The position numbers and the translations under genes were made by a program. The notes beneath the pieces are model-generated. The model was not told where the DNA came from. It saw only the letters and a program-made list of their open reading frames with translations, and ran no database searches. This document shows, piece after piece, positions 41,012 to 50,668 of a stretch of 64,000 nucleotides of DNA. The DNA is from Phycisphaerae bacterium (GTDB lineage Bacteria; Planctomycetota; Phycisphaerae; SM23-33), in the NCBI GenBank assembly GCA_018335035.1, contig JAGXKT010000001.1:192048-256047 (forward strand). Reading direction: 5' to 3'. Position 1 is the stretch's first letter. The number at the start of each line of letters is the position of its first letter.

Positions 41012-42685
41012 TCACGCGATGTGCTCGGCCATACGGCCGCCCGTATGGGCGCGGACGTAGTCCACGACGGCGTCGGCGGCGATCCGCTGCTGGTCCAGCG
41101 TGTCGCGGTCGCGGACGGTGACGGTGCCGTCCTCGCCCGTCTGACCGTCCACCGTCACGCAGAACGGCGTGCCGGCCTCGTCCTGGCGGCGGTAACGCCG
41201 CCCGACGGCGCCCTTCTCGTCGTAGAAGCTCGCCAGCCCGGCTGACCGGCAGGCGTCGTGAATCTTGCGGGCGGTGGCCGGCATGCCGTCGCGCTTGACC
41301 AGCGGGAAGACGGCCACCTTCGTCGGCGCCAGGCGCGGGTGGAGCTTCATCACGACGCGCTGCTGCATCTCGCCCTTGTCGTTTGGCTGCTCGTCCTCCG
41401 TGTAGGCCTCGCAGAGGAACGCCAGCGTCGCGCGGTCCACGCCGCCGGACGGCTCGATCACGTGCGGCACGAAGCGATAGGGGGCCTTGGACTTCGCCTC
41501 GGCGGCGGCCTGCTTGGCGGCCTTCTTGTCGCCGTCGAATTTGTCGGCGGCAAACTCCGAGGCCTTCTCAGCCCACAGCTCGTCGTCGAAGTAGCTCATG
41601 TCCCGCCCGGAATGCTCCTGGTGGGCCTTGAGGTCGTAATCAGTGCGGTTGGCGATGCCTTCCAGCTCGCTGACGCCGAAGGGGAAGGCGTACTCGACGT
41701 CCGCACACGCCCGGGCGTAGTGGGCCAGCTCGTCCGGCTCGTGGTCGCGCAGGCGGAGCTTGTCGCTGACCAGCCCGTGATCGACGTACCACTGGTATCG
41801 CAGGTCGCGCCAGTACTCGTACCACTGATCCGCCTCTTCGGGCCGGCAGAAGAACTCGATCTCCATCTGCTCGAACTCGCGCGAGCGGAAGGTGTAGTTG
41901 CGCGGGTTGATCTCGTTGCGGAAGGCCTTGCCGAGCTGCGCGATGCCGAACGGCAGCTTCAGCCGCTGCGTGTCCAAGACGTTCTTGAAGTTGCAGAAAA
42001 TCCCCTGCGCCGTCTCCGGGCGAAGGTACGCCTTGGCGTCCTCGTCCGCCAACGCGCCGACGTATGTCGGGAACATCAGATTGAATTGACGTGGCTCTGT
42101 CAGAGTACCCGGCACGTCAACGTCTGGGCCAACTACGTAGTCCAACCGGCCCTCAAACTCCGCGGATAGAAATGGCAGCGTGGGAGGAGTGTCATTGAAG
42201 TGCCGCAGGCCGACCTTCTTTGCATACTTGCGGGCCTTCTTGAGGGCATTTATGAAGGACTCTGCATTGTCCTGCACATAGGCGAAGTGCAATTCCGCTT
42301 GGGTTGGGCCGTCCTCACCTTCTGGCACGTCATAAGCGTAAATGACACCAAGCTGGTCTGCACGATAACGATGCTTCGTTTCCTTGCAGTCCACACGAGG
42401 ATCATTGAACCCGCTGAGGTGTCCGGAGGCCTCCCAGACGTTGGGGTTCATGATGATGGCCGCGTCGAGCCCGACGATGTCGTCGCGCCGGCGGACGGTA
42501 TCTTCCCACCAGGCCTGCTTGACGTTGCGTTTGAGTTCGACGCCGAGGGGCCCGTAGTCCCAGAAGCCGTTGAGCCCGCCGTAGATCTCGGACGACTGCC
42601 AGATAAAGCCCCGGCGTTTGCACAGGGCGACGATCTTTTCCATCAGGCCATACGGCCCGTTCGGGTTGTCGGCTTGCTCGGCCAT
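41012..42685 (-). CDS. glyQS: Glycine--tRNA ligase (dimeric alpha2 type)
   Basis: Class II aaRS motifs, with the GlyRS N-terminus YGLMEKIVALCKRRGFIWQSSEIYGG. Confidence 0.9.
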   Translation of the reverse strand: MAEQADNPNGPYGLMEKIVALCKRRGFIWQSSEIYGGLNGFWDYGPLGVELKRNVKQAWWEDTVRRRDDIVGLDAAIIMNPNVWEASGHLSGFNDPRVDCKETKHRYRADQLGVIYAYDVPEGEDGPTQAELHFAYVQDNAESFINALKKARKYAKKVGLRHFNDTPPTLPFLSAEFEGRLDYVVGPDVDVPGTLTEPRQFNLMFPTYVGALADEDAKAYLRPETAQGIFCNFKNVLDTQRLKLPFGIAQLGKAFRNEINPRNYTFRSREFEQMEIEFFCRPEEADQWYEYWRDLRYQWYVDHGLVSDKLRLRDHEPDELAHYARACADVEYAFPFGVSELEGIANRTDYDLKAHQEHSGRDMSYFDDELWAEKASEFAADKFDGDKKAAKQAAAEAKSKAPYRFVPHVIEPSGGVDRATLAFLCEAYTEDEQPNDKGEMQQRVVMKLHPRLAPTKVAVFPLVKRDGMPATARKIHDACRSAGLASFYDEKGAVGRRYRRQDEAGTPFCVTVDGQTGEDGTVTVRDRDTLDQQRIAADAVVDYVRAHTGGRMAEHIA

Positions 42686-42849
42686 GGTTTCTCGCTTGCT
42701 GCCGACGTGGCCGGCCTTTCGGGCCGGACCGCGGCGCCCAGTTGGTGTCGCATCAAACGGGGGCGGTATGGTACGCCGCCGAGGCGGATATGACAAGCCC
42801 GGCCGGGCGTGCCACACACGGGCAAGATGCCCGCGTCACGACCATGGGG

Positions 42850-44352
42850 CTAGCCCGCTTGCGCGAACGGCGCGATGTGCCGGGCGAGGTGGGCGGCGAG
42901 GGCGTCGTAGTGGGGTTGCTCGCACGTCTCCAGCGCTTCGTAGATGCGCAGCGCGAAGCGGGCACCGTCGTCGGCGGTCAGGACCGAGCCGAACGTCACG
43001 TGCAGCGCCTGGCGGGTGTGGAAGTCGTCGATCCGGTCGGCCAGGGCGTCGTCGTTCAGCGCGTCGGCGGGGGGGACCTTGCTCATGTCGGCCGAGACGT
43101 GATACGTCCGGCGGTCTTCGTCGTAGCGGGCGCGGGCGAAGTCGTAAATCTCGCGGAACAGCGCCGGGTCGATGCGGGCGATGGCGCGGACCGCCTCCAG
43201 GTAACTCGTTCCGGCCGTCTTGAGGTGCACGCGTTCCCCGGCCAGCTCCGCGACGATAGGGTAGATACTGAACTTGTCGCTGCCGGAGTGGATGGAGATC
43301 TTGTAAGGTCCCAGAGTGCGCATCACGGCCGCATGACGCGCGAAACTGGCGCGGAAGGCGTCCACGTCGCCGATGTAGTCCACGCCCTTCTCGAACCGCC
43401 CGATGAAGCGCGGCGCCAGCGAAACCCACTGCACGCCGAGCCGCCTGAGCTCCGCGGCGAAGTAGTAGTGCTCGGCCGGCGTCGTCGGCGCGTCGGTCTC
43501 GTCGACGGAGACCTCCAGCTCGAACGGGCGGTCGATGGTCTCGCTCAGGTGCCGGTACATCGCCGCGACGTGCCCGATCGCCGGGGCGTACTTGACCGCC
43601 GCGCGGGCGAAACCCTCCTCGTCGAGATGGATCGGCTCGTCGCCGTCGAGCGGGAACTCGCGCCCGGCGTAGCGCCGCGTGAGATCGTCGAGCGACGCCG
43701 CCAGCGGTTCGCAATCCACGGCCGCCAGGGCGGCTTTCAGTGCGGCGGCGTCCATCGTGTCGGCCGCGTCGTTGACGTGCGCGCCGGGGTCGATGGTGAA
43801 GAACGTAAAGCCCGCCGCGACGGTGCGGTCGATGTCCTCGGGCTTCTGGAGGTGGTCGGCGTCGGCGCCGAACCCGTCGCGCCAGCCGGCCTGGAGGACG
43901 CCCCACGTGGCGGCGTCCATGACGTCCTGCGGCCGGCGGCGGGTGCGGGCCAGCTCGCGGATGGACTGCTGGGCGTAGATCGGCGCGACGCCCGCGCCGG
44001 CATCGCGCATCGCCGCGACGTGCCCGGGCGTGGCGAGCCCCAACCGGTCGCCCAGCCCGACCGACGTCGCCAGGCCCAGAAGTTTCGGCGCCGTAAAGGG
44101 CAACGCGCGGCGGACGCGGGCGGCGTTGGCGGCGTTGCAGGGCGCCAGGCAGACGGGGCGCCCGTCGATCGTGCCGGCGCGTTCGACGTCGTCGCGGCCG
44201 CAGGCGGCGTCGCATTGGCGTTCGGACGGCGCGACGTGGCCCAGCAGCTTCTCACGTCCGCGGCGTGCGAGGAAGTACGTCACCCCGCCGGCCTGGCAGA
44301 TGCTGGGCTCGTAGATGTCCAGCCCGGTCGTTTTGCGCAACGTGTCGATCAT
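42850..44352 (-). CDS. uxaE: Tagaturonate/fructuronate epimerase UxaE-like protein
   Basis: From memory, segments ATPGHV...PIYAQQSIRE...ATWGVLQ...GFGADADHL.KPED, KISIHSGSDKFSIYP, HLKTAGTSYLEA and YHVSADMSKVP match Thermotoga UxaE. Confidence 0.6.
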   Translation of the reverse strand: MIDTLRKTTGLDIYEPSICQAGGVTYFLARRGREKLLGHVAPSERQCDAACGRDDVERAGTIDGRPVCLAPCNAANAARVRRALPFTAPKLLGLATSVGLGDRLGLATPGHVAAMRDAGAGVAPIYAQQSIRELARTRRRPQDVMDAATWGVLQAGWRDGFGADADHLQKPEDIDRTVAAGFTFFTIDPGAHVNDAADTMDAAALKAALAAVDCEPLAASLDDLTRRYAGREFPLDGDEPIHLDEEGFARAAVKYAPAIGHVAAMYRHLSETIDRPFELEVSVDETDAPTTPAEHYYFAAELRRLGVQWVSLAPRFIGRFEKGVDYIGDVDAFRASFARHAAVMRTLGPYKISIHSGSDKFSIYPIVAELAGERVHLKTAGTSYLEAVRAIARIDPALFREIYDFARARYDEDRRTYHVSADMSKVPPADALNDDALADRIDDFHTRQALHVTFGSVLTADDGARFALRIYEALETCEQPHYDALAAHLARHIAPFAQAG

Positions 44353-44443
44353 GTCGGTCCATCCGGGCGCGACGCGACGGAGTGCCGTCCGTGGGCGTTG
44401 GCGCCTTGAAGCTCTACAGCACCGGGGCTCGGCGTGCCCTGGG

Positions 44444-45928
44444 TCAGGCGTTATAGGCGCTGGCGGTGGTGTCGCCGCCCGTGCCGGTCCAGTTCGTGTG
44501 GAAGAATTCGCCGCGCGGCTTGTCGACGCGCTCGTAGGTATGCGCGCCGAAGTAGTCGCGCTGGGCCTGGAGCAGGTTGGCCGGCAGCCGCTCGCAGCGG
44601 TAGCCGTCGTAGTACGCCAGGGCGGAGCTGAACGCCGGCGTGGGCACGCCGAGCTTGATCGCCTTGACCACGGTGCGGCGCCAGGCGGTCTGGCACTTGC
44701 GAATCGCCGAGCGGAAATACGGCTCGAACAGCAAGCTTTTGAGGTTCTTATCTTTCTCGAACGCGTCCCGAATGCGCCCGAGGAACTGGCTGCGGATGAT
44801 GCATCCGCCGCGCCACATCAGCGCCACGCCGCCGTAGTTGAGGTCCCAGTCGTACTCGGCCGCAGCGGCGCGCATGAGCTGAAAGCCCTGTGTGTAGGAC
44901 ATGATCTTACTGGCGAACAGCGCCTTGCGGAGATCTTCCACGAAGGCGTCGCGGTCGATCTTGAAGCTCGGCGAGGGCCCGCGCAGCGTCTGCGCCGCCT
45001 CGACGCGCTCGTCCTTCCGTGCCGAGAGAAAGCGCGCGTAGACCGCCTCGCCGATCAGTGTCAGCGGCACGCCCTCTTCCAGTGAGGTGATCGCCGTCCA
45101 CTTGCCGGTGCCTTTCTGCCCGGCGGTGTCCAGAATCATCTCTACCGTCGGCTCGCCGGTCTCGGGGTCCTTGTGGGCGAGGATGTCGGCCGTGATGTCG
45201 ATCAGGTAGCTGTTCAGCTCGCTGCGCTTCCAGTTGGCGAACACCTCATGCATCTCGTCGGTGGTCATGCCGATGGCCTTCATCAGGGCGTAGGCCTCGC
45301 AGATGAGCTGGATGTCGCCGTATTCGATGCCGTTGTGGACCATCTTGACGAAGTGTCCGGCGCCGTCGGAGCCGACCCAGTCGCAACACGGCGAGCCCAT
45401 ACGGGCCGTATGGCCGTCCTCGACCTTGGCGGCGACGGCCTGAAAGATGTCGCGAACGTGCTCCCAGGCATCCGCGCTGCCGCCGGGCATGATGCTGGGC
45501 CCGTGGCGGGCGCCTTCCTCGCCGCCGGAGACGCCGGTGCCGATGTAGCGGAGGTTGCGGCTTTCGAGGTCCTTGCAGCGGCGGATGGTGTCGTGGAAGT
45601 TGCTGTTGCCGCCGTCGATGACGATGTCGCCGTCGTCCAGCAGGGGAATGAGCTTCTCGATGAAGGCGTCGACGGCCGGGCCGGCCTTGACCAGCAGCAT
45701 GACGCGGCGGGGTCTCTTGAGCTTGCCGATGAACTCCTCGAGCGAATGGGCCGGGAGGATCGTCTCGCGCCCGGCGGCGGGGCCGTTGACGAAATCGTCT
45801 ACCTTCGAGACGGTGCGATTGAACACGGCGACGGTGAAGCCCTTGTCGTTCATGTTCAACACGAGGTTTTGACCCATCACGGCCAGGCCGATCAGGCCGA
45901 TATCCGCCTGCTGCGACGTATCCGCCAT
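44444..45928 (-). CDS. gnd: 6-phosphogluconate dehydrogenase, decarboxylating
   Basis: N-terminal IGLIGLAVMGQNL Rossmann fold, GGNSNF, and the C-terminal Gnd domain. GAGGAG lies 6 nt upstream of the ATG at 45926-45928. The tool ORF extends upstream as Arg-rich junk. Confidence 0.9.
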   Translation of the reverse strand: MADTSQQADIGLIGLAVMGQNLVLNMNDKGFTVAVFNRTVSKVDDFVNGPAAGRETILPAHSLEEFIGKLKRPRRVMLLVKAGPAVDAFIEKLIPLLDDGDIVIDGGNSNFHDTIRRCKDLESRNLRYIGTGVSGGEEGARHGPSIMPGGSADAWEHVRDIFQAVAAKVEDGHTARMGSPCCDWVGSDGAGHFVKMVHNGIEYGDIQLICEAYALMKAIGMTTDEMHEVFANWKRSELNSYLIDITADILAHKDPETGEPTVEMILDTAGQKGTGKWTAITSLEEGVPLTLIGEAVYARFLSARKDERVEAAQTLRGPSPSFKIDRDAFVEDLRKALFASKIMSYTQGFQLMRAAAAEYDWDLNYGGVALMWRGGCIIRSQFLGRIRDAFEKDKNLKSLLFEPYFRSAIRKCQTAWRRTVVKAIKLGVPTPAFSSALAYYDGYRCERLPANLLQAQRDYFGAHTYERVDKPRGEFFHTNWTGTGGDTTASAYNA

Positions 45929-46113
45929 TGTGCTCTCCTCATGAATGGCGCGGACGATTTGTATGCATCGGGCCTGCCCATGGTATGTGCGTCGCAGACA
46001 AATGCAAGCGTTGCGCAACAAAACGCCCGGCGTCCCGCGTGCGCGGGGCGCCGGGCCGGCGGTCCGGGGGTCGGGAGCCGGACCGCCGTGGCGCGGAGCG
46101 TGTGGCGAAGGGC

Positions 46114-46728
46114 TTATTTTTGCCGCCGGCGCAGTGCGGCCCAAATGGCGCCGGCGCTCAGGAGGACAAGGGCCGTCGGTTCGGGAATCATCACGTCCTG
46201 CTTGCTGTCGCTGAGCAGGGCGATCGTGGTCCCGGCCGGCGCGTATGAGGCCGGGGCGGCATCCAGGAGCGTCTGGGCGGCGTCGGCGGCGTTGTCGCTT
46301 TGGGTGACGTAGAACGCGCCGCTGGTCATGTCGAACGCGTTGTCGTCCGACTCGTACAGCAGTTCCCAGATGGCGACCTGAAGCGCAACGGCGTCCAGCG
46401 AGTCGGCGACGGCGCTGGCTCGCGTCTCGTACAACCAGCCGACCAGGTCGCCGTTGTGAAGCGTCGTGATCGGCGTTTCCGTCACCTCGCCGGAACCGGC
46501 GTACTGGGTCAGGTCCACGCAATAGGCGAGATGGTCGGCGCCCTGGCAGGCGATACGCAGTTGACCGGCCTTGACGCGCTGCGTGCGAACGGCCGAGTGG
46601 ATCTTGACCTGCTGATTCAACGCGACGCCGTTGAAGGTCACCAGATCGGCCGGGGCGGTGCGGGGAATCGCGGCGATCAGGGCAACGGCACATGCGGCAA
46701 CGGAGATTTTGGCGTGTATTCTGTGCAT
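46114..46728 (-). CDS. PEP-CTERM sorting-domain secreted protein (small)
   Basis: Signal peptide MHRIHAKISVAACAVALIAAIP. The C-terminus is IPEPTALVLLSAGAIWAALRRRQK. Confidence 0.65.
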   Translation of the reverse strand: MHRIHAKISVAACAVALIAAIPRTAPADLVTFNGVALNQQVKIHSAVRTQRVKAGQLRIACQGADHLAYCVDLTQYAGSGEVTETPITTLHNGDLVGWLYETRASAVADSLDAVALQVAIWELLYESDDNAFDMTSGAFYVTQSDNAADAAQTLLDAAPASYAPAGTTIALLSDSKQDVMIPEPTALVLLSAGAIWAALRRRQK

Positions 46729-46934
46729 CGTTCAGTTCTTGTAACCAAACATCAACGGATTGTCCGAGTCGGCGCCCTCCGGGGGGCATGTCAGGCCGTC
46801 ACAGGACAGGCCTGATCGCCGACCAATGGGACCGTAGGATTCACCTGACGCTGCGGCAAACGCGCGCGGATTTTTTCCTCGGGGGTGCGACGCTTGCCGT
46901 TGCAGTAGGGGCGGACGTACAGTAGAGCAACCCG

Positions 46935-47016
46935 GCCCGGTGGCGGAATCGGCAGACGCTGGGGACTTAAAATCCCCTGCCCCTCGGGGCGTGAGGGTTC
47001 AAATCCCTCCCGGGCC
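46935..47016 (+). tRNA. tRNA-Leu (anticodon TAA)
   Basis: GCCCGGTGGCGGAATCGGCAGACGC...GGGGA-CTTAAAA-TCCCC plus a long variable arm and GGGTTCAAATCCCTCCCGGGCC. Confidence 0.85.
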
Positions 47017-47045
47017 AGTCGATGCGTGTCTGAACGGAATCGCCC

Positions 47046-47675
47046 ATGGGCTCGACGGACCGAGATGCAGGATGCTATCGACCCGCCCCGCGCGCCGCGG
47101 CGCTGGACGTCAGCGACCTGTGGACGCCTCGGGCACCGCTGCCGACCGGACCCGTGCTCCGCGCGATCGCCGAACGGATCGCGCGCCGATGGGACATGCC
47201 CGAGCTGCTGCGGCACGTGCGCATCGGCTATAATTCCCGTCTGCGAACCACGGCCGGGCGTGCGGTCTACGACGACGCCCGCGTCGAGCTCAATCCGCAC
47301 CTGCTGGGCGCGCATCGCGACCAGCTCGTCGCCACACTGGCCCACGAGCTGGCGCACCTGGCGGTCCGGCGCCGCTACGGCGCTGGCGCCGCCCCTCACG
47401 GGCGCGAATTCCGCACGCTGCTTCGCGCGGTGAACCTCTCGCCCGATCGGTGCCACGCCATGCCGGCCGCGAAACGCCTTCGCCGACGCCGCTACCTGTA
47501 TCTCCACCGGTGCAGCGATTGCGGGCAGACGTTCATCGCCCGGCGCGTTCGCCGCGACTGCTACTGCCGCTACTGCGGCGAGCAGATGACCTGGGACGTG
47601 TTTCGCGCCCCGCACAGCGCGGTCGGTCGCCGCGCGCTGGAGCGCCTTGCCGCCGGCGCGAGCGGGCGCGGTTGA
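47046..47675 (+). CDS. SprT-like zinc metallopeptidase-domain protein with C-terminal zinc ribbon
   Basis: HELAHL zincin motif plus C..C....C..C. The start is uncertain: an alternative ATG at 47196 would give a typical ~160 aa SprT. Confidence 0.55.
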   Translation: MGSTDRDAGCYRPAPRAAALDVSDLWTPRAPLPTGPVLRAIAERIARRWDMPELLRHVRIGYNSRLRTTAGRAVYDDARVELNPHLLGAHRDQLVATLAHELAHLAVRRRYGAGAAPHGREFRTLLRAVNLSPDRCHAMPAAKRLRRRRYLYLHRCSDCGQTFIARRVRRDCYCRYCGEQMTWDVFRAPHSAVGRRALERLAAGASGRG

Positions 47676-47749
47676 CACCGCCCTGCAGCGCGCCTAGACT
47701 GCCTCGTATCAGTGCAACGCCGCCGGTAAGGAAAGGGAAGGACCGATCC

Positions 47750-48079
47750 ATGAGCGAAAATGTCATCGACGTGACCGACGAGAACTTCGAGCAGGAAGTC
47801 ACGCAGGCCGATCAGCCCGTGCTCGTCGATTTCTGGGCCGAGTGGTGCATGCCCTGCAAGATGGTCGCACCGACCATCGAGGAAGTGGCCGACGAATACG
47901 CCGACAAGGTGAAGGTCGCCAAGGCCGATACTGAACAGTGTCGCAACACGGCCGTGAACCTTGGCATCCGCGCGATCCCGACGGTCATCCTGTTTAACAA
48001 GGGCGAGGTGGTCAAGAAGTTCGTGGGGGTTCAGCCCAAGACCGAATTCACCGGCGCGCTTGACGAGGTCGTCGGCTGA
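47750..48079 (+). CDS. trxA: Thioredoxin
   Basis: 109 aa with the WCMPCK active site. Confidence 0.9.
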   Translation: MSENVIDVTDENFEQEVTQADQPVLVDFWAEWCMPCKMVAPTIEEVADEYADKVKVAKADTEQCRNTAVNLGIRAIPTVILFNKGEVVKKFVGVQPKTEFTGALDEVVG

Positions 48080-48084
48080 GCGGC

Positions 48085-48783
48085 ATGCCCGTGCGCCCCG
48101 TGAAGCGCGACGAAATCCGGCGTATTGACCGCTACGCGATCGAGACGCTCGGCATTCCGGGCCTGGTGCTGATGGAAAACGCCGGGCGCAACGCGGCCGA
48201 CGTCGTCCAGCGGACGCTGACGCGCCGCGGCGGGGCCGCGGCGGCCGTCGTCGCCGGTGCGGGCAACAACGGCGGCGACGGATTCGTCATCGCGCGTCAT
48301 CTGCATCTGCGGGGCTACCACGTGAACACCTTCCTCATGGCGGCGGCGGAGAAGGTTTCCGGCGACGCGGCCGTGAACCTCGCCGCACTGCGGGCACTGG
48401 CGTGCCCGATCCACGAAATCGCAGACGATGTCGCGGGCGGGCTGGCGAACCTGTCGAAGTTCGCCGTGGTCGTTGACGCCATCGGCGGCACCGGCATCAC
48501 CGGCGCGCTGCGTGGGTCGGCCGCCGAGGCGGTCGAAGCCGTCAACGCCGCCGCCCGCCCCGTCGTGGCCGTCGATATCCCCACCGGGCTGGACTGCGAT
48601 GCCGGCGCGGCCGAAGGTCCGGTCGTCCGCGCCGTCGCCACCGTCACCATGCTGGCGCCCAAGGCGGGCTTCGCCGCCGACGGCGCCGACGCCTATACCG
48701 GCGAGGTGCTCGTCGCCGATATCGGCATCCCCGCCGAGCAGGTCGCCCGCGCCGCCGGCGTGGACCTCACGACGGCGGATTGA
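48085..48783 (+). CDS. nnrE: NAD(P)H-hydrate epimerase (YjeF N-terminal domain)
   Basis: GAGNNGGDG motif and YjeF-N fold length. No C-terminal dehydratase domain. Confidence 0.7.
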   Translation: MPVRPVKRDEIRRIDRYAIETLGIPGLVLMENAGRNAADVVQRTLTRRGGAAAAVVAGAGNNGGDGFVIARHLHLRGYHVNTFLMAAAEKVSGDAAVNLAALRALACPIHEIADDVAGGLANLSKFAVVVDAIGGTGITGALRGSAAEAVEAVNAAARPVVAVDIPTGLDCDAGAAEGPVVRAVATVTMLAPKAGFAADGADAYTGEVLVADIGIPAEQVARAAGVDLTTAD

Positions 48784-48894
48784 CCCGCCGACCGAAAAGG
48801 GCTTCTCAAATCGACCCTCCGTGCCTATAATGCCGCGACTCACGCGAGCGAATAACTCCGCCCCAAGGTGTCGTACCAGACGAGAGAGGTCACC

Positions 48895-49920
48895 ATGCCA
48901 CTAATCCCGATGCGAGTGCTACTGGACCACGCGGCCGAGAACGACTACGGCGTCGCCGCGCTGAACGTCAACAACATGGAACAGATCCAGGCGATCATGG
49001 AAGCCGCCCAGGAGACGGACTCGCCCGTGATCGTCCAGGCCAGCCGGGGCGCGCGGAAGTACAGCAACGACGCGTACCTGCGGCACCTGATGCTCGCGGC
49101 CGCCGAGTTGAACCCGGGCATTCCGATCGTGATGCACCAGGACCACGGCGACACGCCGGCGACCTGCCGCAGCGCGATGGAGCAGGGCTTCACGTCCGTG
49201 ATGATGGACGGCTCGCTGAAGGAAGACGGCAAAACGCCCAGTGACTACGACTACAACGTCAAGGTTACCAAGGAGGTCTGCCAGTTCGCCCATGCGGCCG
49301 GTGTGAGCGTCGAGGGCGAGATCGGCGCCCTGGGCGGCATCGAGGACGGGCACGGCGCCGGGCTCAGCGAGGAAGAGGCCCAGGAGCACCTGACCGACCC
49401 CGACCAGGCCGAGCAGTTCGCCGCCGATACCGGCGTGGACGCCCTGGCCGTGGCGATCGGCACCAGCCACGGCGCGTATAAGTTCTCCAAGAAGCCCACC
49501 GGCGACGTGCTGAAGATGGACCTGATCGAGGAGATCCATCGCCGCCTGCCAAACGCGCACTTGGTGATGCACGGCAGCAGCTCGCTGCCGCAGGAACTGC
49601 GCGACATCATCAACGAGTTCGGCGGCGACCTCAAGCAGGCCTACGGCGTGCCGATCGAGGAAATCCAGCGCGGCATCAAGCACGGCGTGCGGAAGGTCAA
49701 CGTCGATACCGACAACCGCCTGGCGATCACCGGGGCGATCCGGCGGGTCTTCAGCGAATCGCCGGAGAAGTTCGACCCGCGCAAATACCTCGGCCCGGCC
49801 CGCGAGGCGATGAAGGCCGAGTGCATCAAGCGGATGACCGCCTTCGGACAGGCCGGCTGGGCCGGCAAAGTCCCCGTCAAAACCTGCAAGGAGTTCGTGG
49901 ACTTCTACAGCAAGAGCTGA
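48895..49920 (+). CDS. fba: Fructose-bisphosphate aldolase, class II
   Basis: [19 protein letters not shown] start, HQDHGD and HGSSS. GAGAGAGG lies upstream of the ATG at 48895. Confidence 0.9.
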   Translation: MPLIPMRVLLDHAAENDYGVAALNVNNMEQIQAIMEAAQETDSPVIVQASRGARKYSNDAYLRHLMLAAAELNPGIPIVMHQDHGDTPATCRSAMEQGFTSVMMDGSLKEDGKTPSDYDYNVKVTKEVCQFAHAAGVSVEGEIGALGGIEDGHGAGLSEEEAQEHLTDPDQAEQFAADTGVDALAVAIGTSHGAYKFSKKPTGDVLKMDLIEEIHRRLPNAHLVMHGSSSLPQELRDIINEFGGDLKQAYGVPIEEIQRGIKHGVRKVNVDTDNRLAITGAIRRVFSESPEKFDPRKYLGPAREAMKAECIKRMTAFGQAGWAGKVPVKTCKEFVDFYSKS

Positions 49921-49995
49921 GGGCAACGGCGAGGCGCGAGAACTGAGGACTGAGGGCAACGGCAGGTCTCAGGTCCCAGATCACAGGTCCCGGGG
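49919..49995. repeat. Left copy of ~70-bp inverted repeat pair (internal GGGCAACGGC(G/A)AGG duplication)
   Basis: gagggcaacggcgaggcgcgagaactgaggactgagggcaacggcaggtctcaggtcccag begins at the fba stop codon. Its reverse complement recurs at 50574-50646. Confidence 0.6.
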
Positions 49996-50021
49996 CGGCG
50001 GCCAGGCGTAATGGGTGCCGT

Positions 50022-50053
50022 GGTTGCTCTCCCGGCATGCCGGGAGAGCAACC
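50022..50053. repeat. Perfect 32-nt palindrome (ggttgctctcccggca|tgccgggagagcaacc)
   Basis: Read directly. A second hairpin ggcccc-tggctt-ggggcc lies 20 nt downstream (50074-50091). Confidence 0.6.
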
Positions 50054-50102
50054 ACGCTAAGACCGTCGGTCACGGCCCCTGGCTTGGGGCCCCTTAAACC
50101 CA

Positions 50103-50369
50103 TCACAGCATGGCCACGGAGTTGACGCCCAGGGGCGTCACGGACGTGTTGACGTTGTCCGGGTCGGCGATCCACGTGCCGTCGACCAGGAACCGATACT
50201 CGTGGCTGCCGCGTGTGGCCGGGACGGTCACGCTGTAGGTGTCGCCGCGTTTGCGCATCGAGACCGGATGCCAGTGCGTGAAGTCCCCGGCCAGTCGGAC
50301 CGGGCCCCGTCGCCCGTCGGCCGAGAGCATGAAGCGAATCGTTCCCCGTCGTTGTCCCGGCATATACAT
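50103..50369 (-). CDS. Small CBM48/AMPK-beta glycogen-binding-domain-like protein
   Basis: 88 aa: MYMPGQRRGTIRFMLSADGRRGPVRLAGDFTHWHPVSMRKRGDTYSVTVPATRGSHEYRFLVDGTWIADPDN. This matches the W..W...Y.F.VDG pattern of isoamylase-N/CBM48 modules. Confidence 0.45.
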   Translation of the reverse strand: MYMPGQRRGTIRFMLSADGRRGPVRLAGDFTHWHPVSMRKRGDTYSVTVPATRGSHEYRFLVDGTWIADPDNVNTSVTPLGVNSVAML

Positions 50370-50573
50370 AGCGCGCTCCTTTCGCGATTCCGCCCATCCG
50401 TGGGCCCCGCGACGTGACTCCCTTCAGCATCGAAGCTTATACAGCAAAACGGCGGGTTTTGCCAGCTTTCGCGTGGTGGCTCGGCCGCGAACGTCGAACC
50501 CCGAACGTCGAACGCCCTTGGGCCTACCATCCCGCGTGCAACAAGTTGCATGCCCTACACCCGCGACGTTGCC

Positions 50574-50646
50574 CCCTGGGACCTAAGACCTGGGGCCTGC
50601 CGTTGCCCTCAGTCCTCAGCCCTCAGTCCTCACGCCTCGCCGTTGT
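50574..50646. repeat. Right copy of ~70-bp inverted repeat pair
   Basis: ccctgggacctaagacctggggcctgccgttgccctcagtcctcagccctcagtcctcacgcctcgccgttg is the reverse complement of 49919-49995 at roughly 85% identity. Confidence 0.6.
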
Positions 50647-50668
50647 CCGCGCTCTGTGCGTTGAATGA

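Noticed and set aside
42686-42849. T-box leader upstream of glyQS (ggtatggtacgcc resembles the T-box GGGTGGTACCGCG core)
   Set aside because: The resemblance is on the strand antisense to glyQS and lacks the specifier-loop context. It is most likely coincidental.
46791-47678. 295-aa minus-strand ORF overlapping tRNA-Leu and the SprT-like gene
   Set aside because: It overlaps a tRNA and a plus-strand gene with a zincin motif. Its translation is Arg/Ala-rich shadow sequence.
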